Below are positions 18,751 through 27,346 of a stretch of 64,000 bases of DNA, piece by piece (within the stretch, counting starts at the first letter, position 1; each line of letters starts with the position of its first letter). The notes beneath the pieces were generated by a model. The model was not told the DNA's origin and made no database searches. It was given only the letters and a program-made list of their open reading frames with translations. A program made the translations under genes and the position numbers. The stretch comes from Planctomycetia bacterium (GTDB lineage Bacteria; Planctomycetota; Planctomycetia; Gemmatales; HRBIN36). The stretch covers positions 188,224-252,223 of the forward strand of contig JAEUIE010000044.1 of NCBI GenBank assembly GCA_016795155.1, given 5' to 3'.

Positions 18751-20019
18751 TCACTCATGCCGCAACGCTTCAATAGGATCCATCCACGCTGCTCGACGGG
18801 CGGGATAGATTCCGAAAATCAGGCCTGTCAACACGGACACTGCGAATGCCACCACCGCTGACCAGGGTGTGATAATCGTAGGCAGCTCAAAAAACCGTGT
18901 TACCAGCAGTGATCCGCCGATACCCAAACCCACGCCAACCAAACCACCAAGGCTGGTCAACACCACGCTCTCTGCAAGAAATTGTGATGTAATATCACTG
19001 CGACGGGCTCCGAGTGCTCGCCGAATTCCAATCTCCCTGGTGCGTTCCGTTACTGTGGCCAGCATAATGTTCATGATGCCGATGCCACCGACTACGAGTG
19101 AGATGGATGCAATGGCGCCCAGTACCAGTGAGAATATTCGCTGAGTCCGTTCAGCTTTCTCAAGCAGATCGAGCGGTACCGTAATCGCATAATCCTTCTC
19201 TGGATGAAACTGTTCCATCAGGCAACTAATCACCTCAGCAGTTCCTTTGACATTTTCCAGCTTATCCACGCTGACAGTAATCTGGCTGAGTTCCAGCTTC
19301 TCCGCCTGGAAACTACCTGCTTTCATAGATAAGAGCAAACCGCCGGTACGCACCCGGTCGGTATTAAAGGGAATATAGATTTCCTTATCGTAGTCACGAA
19401 TCTCACCCACACCCGGTTTGCTCGCTCCTCGCTGTTCCGTTACTCCAATGATGCGATAGTACTGGCTGCCATCAATGCGCACTGCCTTGTTCATCGGGTC
19501 TTCGTAGGGAAAGAGCCTTTCCGCTACTTCGTGCCCAAGAACACAGACATTCGCCTTGCCTGCATCATCTTTCTCAGTGATGAAACGTCCTTGAGCCATC
19601 CTCAAATTAGCCTGATCTGCCTGTTCCGGAGTAGCTGCAACAATCCTCGCATCCATCTTTCGATCCAGGTATCTCACTTCCTTGATGAATTCTCGCGTTG
19701 CAGTAACATCGGTTACAGTTGGTATCGTTGTCTGAATCCGATTGAGATCACTCGACTTCAAACCGTAATCAAGAACAAATTGCTGTTGCCTTTCCTTCTT
19801 TTCATCCGCAGTGGGCTTGGCAGATCGAATAATAATGTTGGTGGCACCAAGTTGTCTGATCTGTTCGATGGCTTCAAAGCGTGCCGCTTCACCCACTGCC
19901 AGCATGATGATGACCGAAGCAACGCCCAGCACGATGCCTAACACGGTGAGCAGCGAACGAAGGCGCTGAGCCGCCAGGTTACGGAGCGCCAGTTTCAATA
20001 CGTGAGACAACCGGTTCAA
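18751..20019 (-). CDS. MacB/FtsX-type ABC transporter permease (no fused ATPase)
   Basis: 422 aa. N-terminal TM, ~230-aa periplasmic MacB_PCD-like domain, C-terminal FtsX 3-TM module (EIGIRRALGA). Confidence 0.85.
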   Translation of the reverse strand: MNRLSHVLKLALRNLAAQRLRSLLTVLGIVLGVASVIIMLAVGEAARFEAIEQIRQLGATNIIIRSAKPTADEKKERQQQFVLDYGLKSSDLNRIQTTIPTVTDVTATREFIKEVRYLDRKMDARIVAATPEQADQANLRMAQGRFITEKDDAGKANVCVLGHEVAERLFPYEDPMNKAVRIDGSQYYRIIGVTEQRGASKPGVGEIRDYDKEIYIPFNTDRVRTGGLLLSMKAGSFQAEKLELSQITVSVDKLENVKGTAEVISCLMEQFHPEKDYAITVPLDLLEKAERTQRIFSLVLGAIASISLVVGGIGIMNIMLATVTERTREIGIRRALGARRSDITSQFLAESVVLTSLGGLVGVGLGIGGSLLVTRFFELPTIITPWSAVVAFAVSVLTGLIFGIYPARRAAWMDPIEALRHE

Positions 20020-20037
20020 AATCAGAACTCGAATCAG

Positions 20038-21759
20038 TTATTTGACCATCACCGCTTTACCGGCAGGGGCAGCCGCTGGAGCAGTGGATTTGGGTGCGGG
20101 AGCATTCTTATCCTGCTGAGAACTGCGAAGTTCTGTAGCAAGCCGACGTCGAGCATTGAGTGCTACCTTGTCGCCTTCCTTAATACCGTCGGTAACCACG
20201 ATGAATTTCTCGTTGTTATCACCCACTTTGACCTTTTTGCTGGTCACAGTGCTTCCATTCATCATGTAAGCAAAGTGCTCACCATCACGTTCACACACAG
20301 CCTGCACCGGCACCATCAGAACATTCTTCTGTTCTTCGGCTTTGATGCGCACTTCTGCGGTCATACCCGGCTTGATGCCTGCTTCCATAGGCAGATCATC
20401 AATGGTGACCTCCGTGACATACTCCTTGACACCCCGTTCATCCCAGGGGCCTCGGTTATCTGCCAGCGTTGCGACATTCTTCACCTTGCCATGCAGCGGC
20501 TTATTCGGAAGCGCATCGATCAATATTTCCACATCCTGATCTTTTCGCACCTTCTTGACCTGTGATTCATGCACTTTCACCTTCACCTGCATCTTGCTCA
20601 AATCGGGCAGGCGGAAAATAGTCTGCTGATAATGCACCATTCCACCTGCTCTTACCCGGCTGCTTTCATCCCAGTAACGATCATTGGCATAAACCAGAAT
20701 ACCATCCTGTGGTGCTTTGATGATGCAATGTTCGAGTTGCTTCTTCAAACGATCCAGCGCACGTTTTTCAATCTTCGCTGTATCTTCAGCAGCTTCCAGT
20801 TCTGATTTGGCTTTGACCACTGCAGCCTGAGTGCTGCTCTTCGTGCGTTCGAGCTCAGCCTTGGCATCGAGTGCTGCTGATTCCAGCTTGGCTTGTTGAA
20901 TCTTCCTCGTGAAGTTCTCCAGGATATAAAGATCCTTCTTCGCACTGGTAAGCATCAGCTCGTTTTCCTGCACCTTGGTTTCCGCCCGGCGAAGTGTTTC
21001 GGGTGTTTCGAAGCCTCGATTAACCACAATCTGAAAATTCTTCAATTCTTCCTTGGCAATTTCGAGTTCCCGCTCTGCCTTGGCTATGCCCGATTTGCTG
21101 GTATCCACCAGTTTCTGATACTCACCTTTGGGATGGAAATACTTCTCCAGTTCCAGATCAGCAGTGGTGAGCGCAATCTTAGCTTTGCCAATTTCGCTTT
21201 CCTTTTTGTTTTCCTGTACTTTCAATTCTTCACGCAGGGCATTGGCTTTACCTTCAGCCTGCTTCCATTTCACTTCCTGATCCTGAAAACCCTTGGTGAG
21301 TTCCTCCGTATCGAACTTGACCACGATCTCATCCTTCTTGACTGATTTGCCCTCCGGTGCAATTTCGATGATCTTGATCTGCCTGCCTTCAACATCGCAG
21401 CGGACATCAATGGTAACGGAACTTTCGAGTTCTCCCCGTTCGGTAACGATAATCTGCAAATCACCTCGCCGGGCCACTCCGGAGAGATCACTGGCAACCT
21501 CTACCGCACTGGGCCAGAACCAGTAGAGTAGTGGGCCAACAATGAGCGCGAGCAGTAGCGCTGCAATCAGATACCATGACCAACTGGATGAGCCTGATTT
21601 CGATGTCGTTATCGTAAGCGTTTGAGCCGGATCATTAATGGATGCCCATTCCTCTGCTGAAAAGCTCAACTGGTCGCGGGGTGTCTCCGCTTCGGGGTGG
21701 GCTGGGCGGTTCAAATTGGATTGAAGTTCGAGAGTCATCGCGATACATCCCCTGGTCAT
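20038..21759 (-). CDS. HlyD/MacA-family periplasmic adaptor (membrane fusion protein) with long coiled coil
   Basis: 573 aa. N-terminal TM anchor, extended heptad-rich region, C-terminal beta-barrel/lipoyl segments. Alternative ATG at 21738. Confidence 0.85.
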   Translation of the reverse strand: MTRGCIAMTLELQSNLNRPAHPEAETPRDQLSFSAEEWASINDPAQTLTITTSKSGSSSWSWYLIAALLLALIVGPLLYWFWPSAVEVASDLSGVARRGDLQIIVTERGELESSVTIDVRCDVEGRQIKIIEIAPEGKSVKKDEIVVKFDTEELTKGFQDQEVKWKQAEGKANALREELKVQENKKESEIGKAKIALTTADLELEKYFHPKGEYQKLVDTSKSGIAKAERELEIAKEELKNFQIVVNRGFETPETLRRAETKVQENELMLTSAKKDLYILENFTRKIQQAKLESAALDAKAELERTKSSTQAAVVKAKSELEAAEDTAKIEKRALDRLKKQLEHCIIKAPQDGILVYANDRYWDESSRVRAGGMVHYQQTIFRLPDLSKMQVKVKVHESQVKKVRKDQDVEILIDALPNKPLHGKVKNVATLADNRGPWDERGVKEYVTEVTIDDLPMEAGIKPGMTAEVRIKAEEQKNVLMVPVQAVCERDGEHFAYMMNGSTVTSKKVKVGDNNEKFIVVTDGIKEGDKVALNARRRLATELRSSQQDKNAPAPKSTAPAAAPAGKAVMVK

Positions 21760-23998
21760 CCACTTGCAACTGTTCAGTCGCCAGCAGCAACTGCATGCGT
21801 CCTCGTTCGTAACTGAACCATCTGGATATCAGAGTGTTCTTGGCGCCAAGTAACTGCGACAGTGTGTTGAGCTGTTCAAGCGGATCGATGGATCGGTTCA
21901 GTCGTAGCTGGAGTGGAACCGATTCCACCTGCCTGGTTGCCGCTATAAACGCTCGACGCGATATTTCAAAGTTCTGCCTGTCCGTTTCCAACTGCCTTAG
22001 AGCTAAACGCAATTCCAGCATCACCTGATCCTGGCGAAGCATATAGTCGCGTCGAGCTCGATGATATTGTATCAGACTTTGTCGATAGTTGTTGCGCTCA
22101 ATTTGCCGATTCAGCGGCCCTTCAAACTGGAATCCGACTCGGTATCTGCTGGCTGCAGCGGAAAAATCAAATGGCCGCAAGCTGCCGGGCTGAGTTCCAA
22201 TGTCCATACCAGTGACAATGTTAAAGTATGCTTCCAATTGATTGGCCTGTATGGCTACCTGCCTCCAGGCATCTACGACTCGTGCACGATCATTCATCAA
22301 ATCAAGGCGATTTTCAATTGCCAAACGAATTGCCTCATCCTCCGTCATCTTGATCGCAGGTAGATTGATCGAATAAACCCTGACCTGATTCTGAATGACA
22401 AACAACTGCCCAACAGCCAGTTCAATGTCTCTTACACGCAGTTCAAACATACGTTTACGATCATTCATTGCCAGGCGTTTAGAAACCACTTTGAATTGTT
22501 CTAACATCGACGGAAATTCTAATAGTTCTTTCCTCACTTGGGAAAGTTGTGTGGAAAGGCCATCACGGAATTGTTGGACTCTCTGCACATCTGCCTGGTC
22601 TATTCCCTGCACCGGTTGTTTTTTCCATGCCTCCGTTTCCTTCTCGATCTGATTCAGGAAAAACATCGCTCGTTGATGGAAATCGTTAAGCCTTCCAACC
22701 CATTGATCCATCTGCTCAACCGTCATTTTTTCATAGTGTTTACGAAACTCCAATTGGAGTTGATCGAATTCCACTTGCAACTGATCCAGTTTCGGGTCGC
22801 TGAAGAGAAATGCCTGTAAAGGTGATTCATCCATCCTGGCTGGGACGGTAGGTGGAAGCCCTAATTCCAGTTTGAATCGATCAAGTCCATTCTCAAGGTC
22901 GGTTTTGTCCTGGGTGATTTGAGCTCGTGCTTCCTGTAGTGCAGTAAACGCCTGGTCTTCCTGCACGATGGTGGTTTTGCCAGCCAGACGCTGTGCCTGC
23001 TGGCGGGCATAATTCTGCTCCTGTCGAAGCACATTCGTTTCCTGATTGCGAATAAACTGTGCCTGTTGAAGCAACTGGAGATACCGGTTGACTGCAAGAT
23101 CAACGTAAAGCTCCTTGCGGAACCGGGCAAAAATACGTACCTGGTAAAGCAGGCTTCGTTCACCTTGCGTCAATGCTTCCATGCGGACTTGTCTGCCAAA
23201 ATCTCTTAGCAAAGGCTGGATGAAATTCATGGAAATATTGGAACTTACTCCCTGTGTCTTGCCGGTATACTCCCAGACAAAGCTGTTGGCGAAGTTCACG
23301 AGCAACTGTCCGCCTGCGGCCAGACTTCGGTTGAACCCCAGGTTAGAGTCTGTAGTCAACGTGTTGGTTTCGGTAGGTAAACCGTTTGTTCCAAAATGTT
23401 CATAAATGGTTCTATTAGTGGCAAACCACTGGGTGGCAAATTCAAAACGGTTCAGCGTCAGATCAAGTGAGCTAAGATAGAGGTTTTCAATCTGTGTGCG
23501 GTATTCTCTACCATTGAGTTGAGCCTGCTGCATGATCACTTCCGGCGCCAGGATCAGTTTGCCATCAGTTAAGGGCAATGCAGATTGCCACTCGGAAAGT
23601 TCAACGGATGGAACTGTGCCATGATCCCACCAGTGCTTCCAGCCTCGTTTGCCATCAGCACGGAGCAGATACTCCCCTGCAGCGGCATCATCGGGTGGCA
23701 TAGGTGGAAAATCAGGATCGTACGGATCATGCAAACGTGAGCCAGGAGGCGGCAGGATATCAATCTGGTTCAATGCCCAGCGTGGGTCTGCATCACGCTC
23801 CCGTATGGCGCCATACGTTTCATCGTCGGCCTGTTCACGATAAAATGTGCGCGTACAGGAAGAGAGCAATAGCGCTGACAGGATCAGGCTAATCCTGAAT
23901 ATCAATGAATTGCTCCCCACATTCAACAGTGCTGCAAACAGGCAGCACGTCCCCCAAATCCGCTCATGTCTTAAATCGTTCGGTATGTCAAGTTCCAA
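21635..23998 (-). CDS. TolC-like outer-membrane efflux protein (large, lipobox-containing)
   Basis: 787 aa. LLLSSC lipobox-like signal and two OEP-type helical repeats. First gene of the TolC-HlyD-FtsX operon. Confidence 0.75.
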   Translation of the reverse strand: MELDIPNDLRHERIWGTCCLFAALLNVGSNSLIFRISLILSALLLSSCTRTFYREQADDETYGAIRERDADPRWALNQIDILPPPGSRLHDPYDPDFPPMPPDDAAAGEYLLRADGKRGWKHWWDHGTVPSVELSEWQSALPLTDGKLILAPEVIMQQAQLNGREYRTQIENLYLSSLDLTLNRFEFATQWFATNRTIYEHFGTNGLPTETNTLTTDSNLGFNRSLAAGGQLLVNFANSFVWEYTGKTQGVSSNISMNFIQPLLRDFGRQVRMEALTQGERSLLYQVRIFARFRKELYVDLAVNRYLQLLQQAQFIRNQETNVLRQEQNYARQQAQRLAGKTTIVQEDQAFTALQEARAQITQDKTDLENGLDRFKLELGLPPTVPARMDESPLQAFLFSDPKLDQLQVEFDQLQLEFRKHYEKMTVEQMDQWVGRLNDFHQRAMFFLNQIEKETEAWKKQPVQGIDQADVQRVQQFRDGLSTQLSQVRKELLEFPSMLEQFKVVSKRLAMNDRKRMFELRVRDIELAVGQLFVIQNQVRVYSINLPAIKMTEDEAIRLAIENRLDLMNDRARVVDAWRQVAIQANQLEAYFNIVTGMDIGTQPGSLRPFDFSAAASRYRVGFQFEGPLNRQIERNNYRQSLIQYHRARRDYMLRQDQVMLELRLALRQLETDRQNFEISRRAFIAATRQVESVPLQLRLNRSIDPLEQLNTLSQLLGAKNTLISRWFSYERGRMQLLLATEQLQVDDQGMYRDDSRTSIQFEPPSPPRSGDTPRPVELFSRGMGIH

Positions 23999-24075
23999 AG
24001 TGATTAAAGTTAGCGTACAGCCGGCAAAACTGGAGAAGCTGGCGAATATCGGAGACTCATTTCAATGCCTTCTGC

Positions 24076-24104
24076 TTGACATCAATAAACCTCTTGATTA
24101 CTTT
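24076..24104 (+). promoter_or_regulatory. Candidate sigma70-type promoter (TTGACA-17 nt-TACTTT)
   Basis: Consensus -35 at 24076-24081 and weak -10 at 24099-24104, 40 nt upstream of the 24144 ATG. Confidence 0.3.
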
Positions 24105-24143
24105 ACCTAAACATTTAGGTGTATTAGCCTATTGGTGTGAGGA

Positions 24144-24878
24144 ATGAACATGAATAACTTCGCCCTGCGATTGCTAATAACGACTGGTATCCTCATTTCG
24201 AGTACGCTTTCCTCTCACGCACAGGTATTTCGCACGCAAGGTACCATGCCTAAGTATCCCCTGTTGTTTTCCAAAAGTGTTCAACAGGAATTGAAGATCA
24301 GCGATGAACAGATCAAGAAAATACAAGCCAAGGTTAAGGAGCTGATGCCTCAAGGCTCATTCATGATGCCGCCAGGTGTTGCCGCGGGCAATGGTGAAGC
24401 GGGTGCTCCCAAAGTGATGATGAGCTTTTCGTTCAAAAGTGCCGATGGCGCTCCGCCTGCTGGTGTCGTTGTCAATCCAGATAAGCTTGGTGCATTACCT
24501 GGAATTCCTGACTACAAAAAAATAGATGATGAAGTGAACAAGTTGCTAGAGAAGCCACAGCGGGACAGGTTGAAACAGTTAGCTCTTCAGCGTCAGGGAA
24601 TATCTTCAGTTGCGCAGGAAGAAACAGCTCGCGAGCTTCAGCTCGATGATGACCAGAAAGATCTCATTAAGCAGGCTGTAGATCATCAAGCCAAAAAGAT
24701 GCAGGATACCATTCAGAAGATGCTGGCTCATGGCAACATTCAGCAGGGTGAATTAGGCTCTCTCATAAAGAAGCTGCGTGAACAGACAGAAAAGGATATT
24801 CAAACGATTCTATCGCCGGAACAACTGAAAAAATGGGACGAACTCACTGGTCCCAGATTCGATTTCAAATCCAGGTAA
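24144..24878 (+). CDS. Hypothetical secreted protein, helical, Lys/Gln/Glu-rich
   Basis: 244 aa with Sec signal (LLITTGILISSTLSSHA). Repeated ..EL.L.DEQ..K.. segments. Confidence 0.6.
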   Translation: MNMNNFALRLLITTGILISSTLSSHAQVFRTQGTMPKYPLLFSKSVQQELKISDEQIKKIQAKVKELMPQGSFMMPPGVAAGNGEAGAPKVMMSFSFKSADGAPPAGVVVNPDKLGALPGIPDYKKIDDEVNKLLEKPQRDRLKQLALQRQGISSVAQEETARELQLDDDQKDLIKQAVDHQAKKMQDTIQKMLAHGNIQQGELGSLIKKLREQTEKDIQTILSPEQLKKWDELTGPRFDFKSR

Positions 24879-24956
24879 TGCTTCTTCCACAATCATGATG
24901 GCATCCTGATCCCGGTGCGTTACAATCACGTTGACGCATCGGGAATTTTTTCATTC

Positions 24957-27260
24957 ATGGCAAAGAAAACCAAGGCTGAGAAACTCGAATCAAGCCACTG
25001 GATGGCCTGGGTAGGCTTTTTCACTGGCCTCATTCTACTGTTGCTTTCCGGCGTAGCTCTAGCTCTGGCACTCACCAGCTTGAATGAATGGCTGGAGAAC
25101 CAGTGGGGCATCACCTTCCCAACACCGCTGCCAGTGTTCTACTGGTGGATCATGCTGGGCTTAGGCATCCTGCTGTTACTACTCTACTTCCTGAAACTAC
25201 GTCGTCAGCGGATGACCGTTTCCAGCACCTTCCTGTGGAAGAAGAGCATTGAAGACCTGCATGTCAACAGTCTGTTTCAATGGCTCAAGAAAAATTTCCT
25301 GTTGCTTCTGCAACTTCTGGCACTGGCAGGCCTGGCTTACTCCCTCGCTGCTCCCACCACCTTCAGCGATGCACGTGGCAGGCATTTTATTTTCCTCATT
25401 GATAACAGTGCCAGCATGGCTGCCATCGATGTTGCACCATCGCGATTGGAACAAGCCAAAATTAAAGTCAAGGAGCGCATTGATGCGATGGATAGCAGCG
25501 ACCTGGCTATGATCATCCTGTTCAATGAAGAAGCACAGATTCTACAGTCGTACACCAACCGCAAGCCTGATTTGAAAGCTGCAGTCGATCGCATCCCGCA
25601 AACGCAGCGAACCACCAGGCTGCAGCCCGCACTGGAACTCGCTGAGGGACAGGCTAACCCCCGTCGCTCTGCGGAAGAAGGCGTTATCGAACTCATCCAG
25701 GATAACAGCGACAAAATGCCTCGTACCTTGGGTAAGCCAGATGGCATCCCGACTGAAGTAATGATATATAGCGATGGCAGATTCCCCGATGTGCAGAATT
25801 ACTCGCTGGGCAACCTGAAGCCCGCCCTGTTTGTCATGGGAAACGAATCCAACAACGTGGGCATCACCTGGGCGAATCTCAAACGCGATGAAAACCGCCC
25901 CGATCTTTTTGAAGTGACGGTGCGGGTACAGAACTTCAGTAAAGATGCATTCAAACAAGGTTGCTCACTGCAACTGGAATCGTTTGCCTTTGGCGAAAGG
26001 CAGGATGTGCAACTCAAACGACTGCAACTCGGGGCACGAACCAGGCAGGAACGTGATGCTATCACCAACGAAGGTGTGAAGTATAAGCAGATGATTGATT
26101 TGCCGGGAACCACCGAGCCTGAACCGCTGATTACTTTTACCGTTAAGGACCCCGGGCAAGGCTATCTGAAACTATCTCTACTCAATACCGATCAGGGCAC
26201 CGCCTGGAACGACATGCTGGCGAGTGACAACATTGCCTGGCTGGCGATAACACCGGTTCGTAAAGCGCGAATCCTGCGTGCAGGGCCTGAGAATGAAATT
26301 CTCGATGCCTATTTCAAAGCAAGTGCCTCCAAAGACCGCGCTGTCATCACTTCCATTGATGGCACAGATCTCTCTGACAAAAATGAAACCTACAAGCAGG
26401 CGATACAGACCGAAGCATTTGATCTGGTCATTTTTGATCGTGTGGCTCCCGCAACACCGGAAGCCATGCCCCAGGCGAACACGTTTTTCATTGGACAGTG
26501 CCCACCCTTTGCCGCTGGCAACTGGAATGATCTGCCGACGCTGAAAAATCTGTTCGTCAAGGATTTCCGGGTCGCCCACCCTCTGTTCAATGGCATTGAA
26601 ACCCTGCAGGGTATGACGGTTGATGAAGCACGCACCATGCCTGCAGAAGCCAGGCCCAAACGGGCTTCATCACTGATTGAATCACAACGGGAACCGCTGC
26701 TCTGGAGCTTTGGCCGAGAACGCTATACCGATCTGGTCATGATGTTCCCACTGGTACTTGGCCAACAAGGCAATATCTGGAATACCAATTGGCCCCGACA
26801 GCCAGCGGGCACGCTGCCCCTGTTTCTCGACAATATCATCCTGCAACTGGGGCGATACCAGGAAATTGAAGCTCCCATCAGGCCAGGGGTGACCAAACTC
26901 CTGAGCCTGGGAAGCACCAAGCAGGAGGTCACCGTTAAACGCTCGGAACCAACGGCATCTTCTGAAAGTACTATCACCCGTCGCATGGGGCAGGACCTGG
27001 TCTATGGCGACACAGACCAGGTAGGCTTATACGAAGTGTTCTGGGGCGAACGACAACCTTTGCGTTTCAGTGTGAACCTGTTCGATCAGGAAGAAAGTAA
27101 CATTGCAACCCGTGATAACATCCGCATCGGCTATGAAACCGTGCAGGCGGAGTTGGCTCCCGTGAAAGCCCGCCGGGAACTTTGGCAATGGTTCGCAGGC
27201 CTTGCATTAGCTGCATTACTGCTCGAATGGGTGCTATACGTTCAACGCATCAGAGTATAA
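24957..27260 (+). CDS. BatA-like membrane protein with N-terminal double-TM aerotolerance-type anchor and vWA domain
   Basis: TM pair followed by LKLRRQRMTVSSTFLWKK, MIDAS motif FLIDNSASM, C-terminal TM. ATG at 24957 preferred over the GTG at 24915. Confidence 0.8.
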   Translation: MAKKTKAEKLESSHWMAWVGFFTGLILLLLSGVALALALTSLNEWLENQWGITFPTPLPVFYWWIMLGLGILLLLLYFLKLRRQRMTVSSTFLWKKSIEDLHVNSLFQWLKKNFLLLLQLLALAGLAYSLAAPTTFSDARGRHFIFLIDNSASMAAIDVAPSRLEQAKIKVKERIDAMDSSDLAMIILFNEEAQILQSYTNRKPDLKAAVDRIPQTQRTTRLQPALELAEGQANPRRSAEEGVIELIQDNSDKMPRTLGKPDGIPTEVMIYSDGRFPDVQNYSLGNLKPALFVMGNESNNVGITWANLKRDENRPDLFEVTVRVQNFSKDAFKQGCSLQLESFAFGERQDVQLKRLQLGARTRQERDAITNEGVKYKQMIDLPGTTEPEPLITFTVKDPGQGYLKLSLLNTDQGTAWNDMLASDNIAWLAITPVRKARILRAGPENEILDAYFKASASKDRAVITSIDGTDLSDKNETYKQAIQTEAFDLVIFDRVAPATPEAMPQANTFFIGQCPPFAAGNWNDLPTLKNLFVKDFRVAHPLFNGIETLQGMTVDEARTMPAEARPKRASSLIESQREPLLWSFGRERYTDLVMMFPLVLGQQGNIWNTNWPRQPAGTLPLFLDNIILQLGRYQEIEAPIRPGVTKLLSLGSTKQEVTVKRSEPTASSESTITRRMGQDLVYGDTDQVGLYEVFWGERQPLRFSVNLFDQEESNIATRDNIRIGYETVQAELAPVKARRELWQWFAGLALAALLLEWVLYVQRIRV

Positions 27261-27263
27261 CTT

Positions 27264-27315
27264 GGTGGCACAGACATTCCTGTCTGTGCGCAACGACAAG
27301 AATGTCGGTGCCACC
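27264..27315. terminator. Long stem-loop between convergent genes (bidirectional terminator candidate)
   Basis: GGTGGCACAGACATTC (27264-27279) pairs with GAATGTCGGTGCCACC (27300-27315), 15/16 bp. Inner alternative hairpin CAGACA-TTCC-TGTCTG. Confidence 0.55.
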
Positions 27316-27346
27316 ACCCCAACAATCTGTGAAAACGTCCACCCTA

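Noticed and set aside
27265-27280. TGGCAC motif as a second sigma54 promoter
   Set aside because: There is no TTGC at the required 12-nt register (the sequence is TGGCACAGACATTCC), and it lies between two convergent gene ends.
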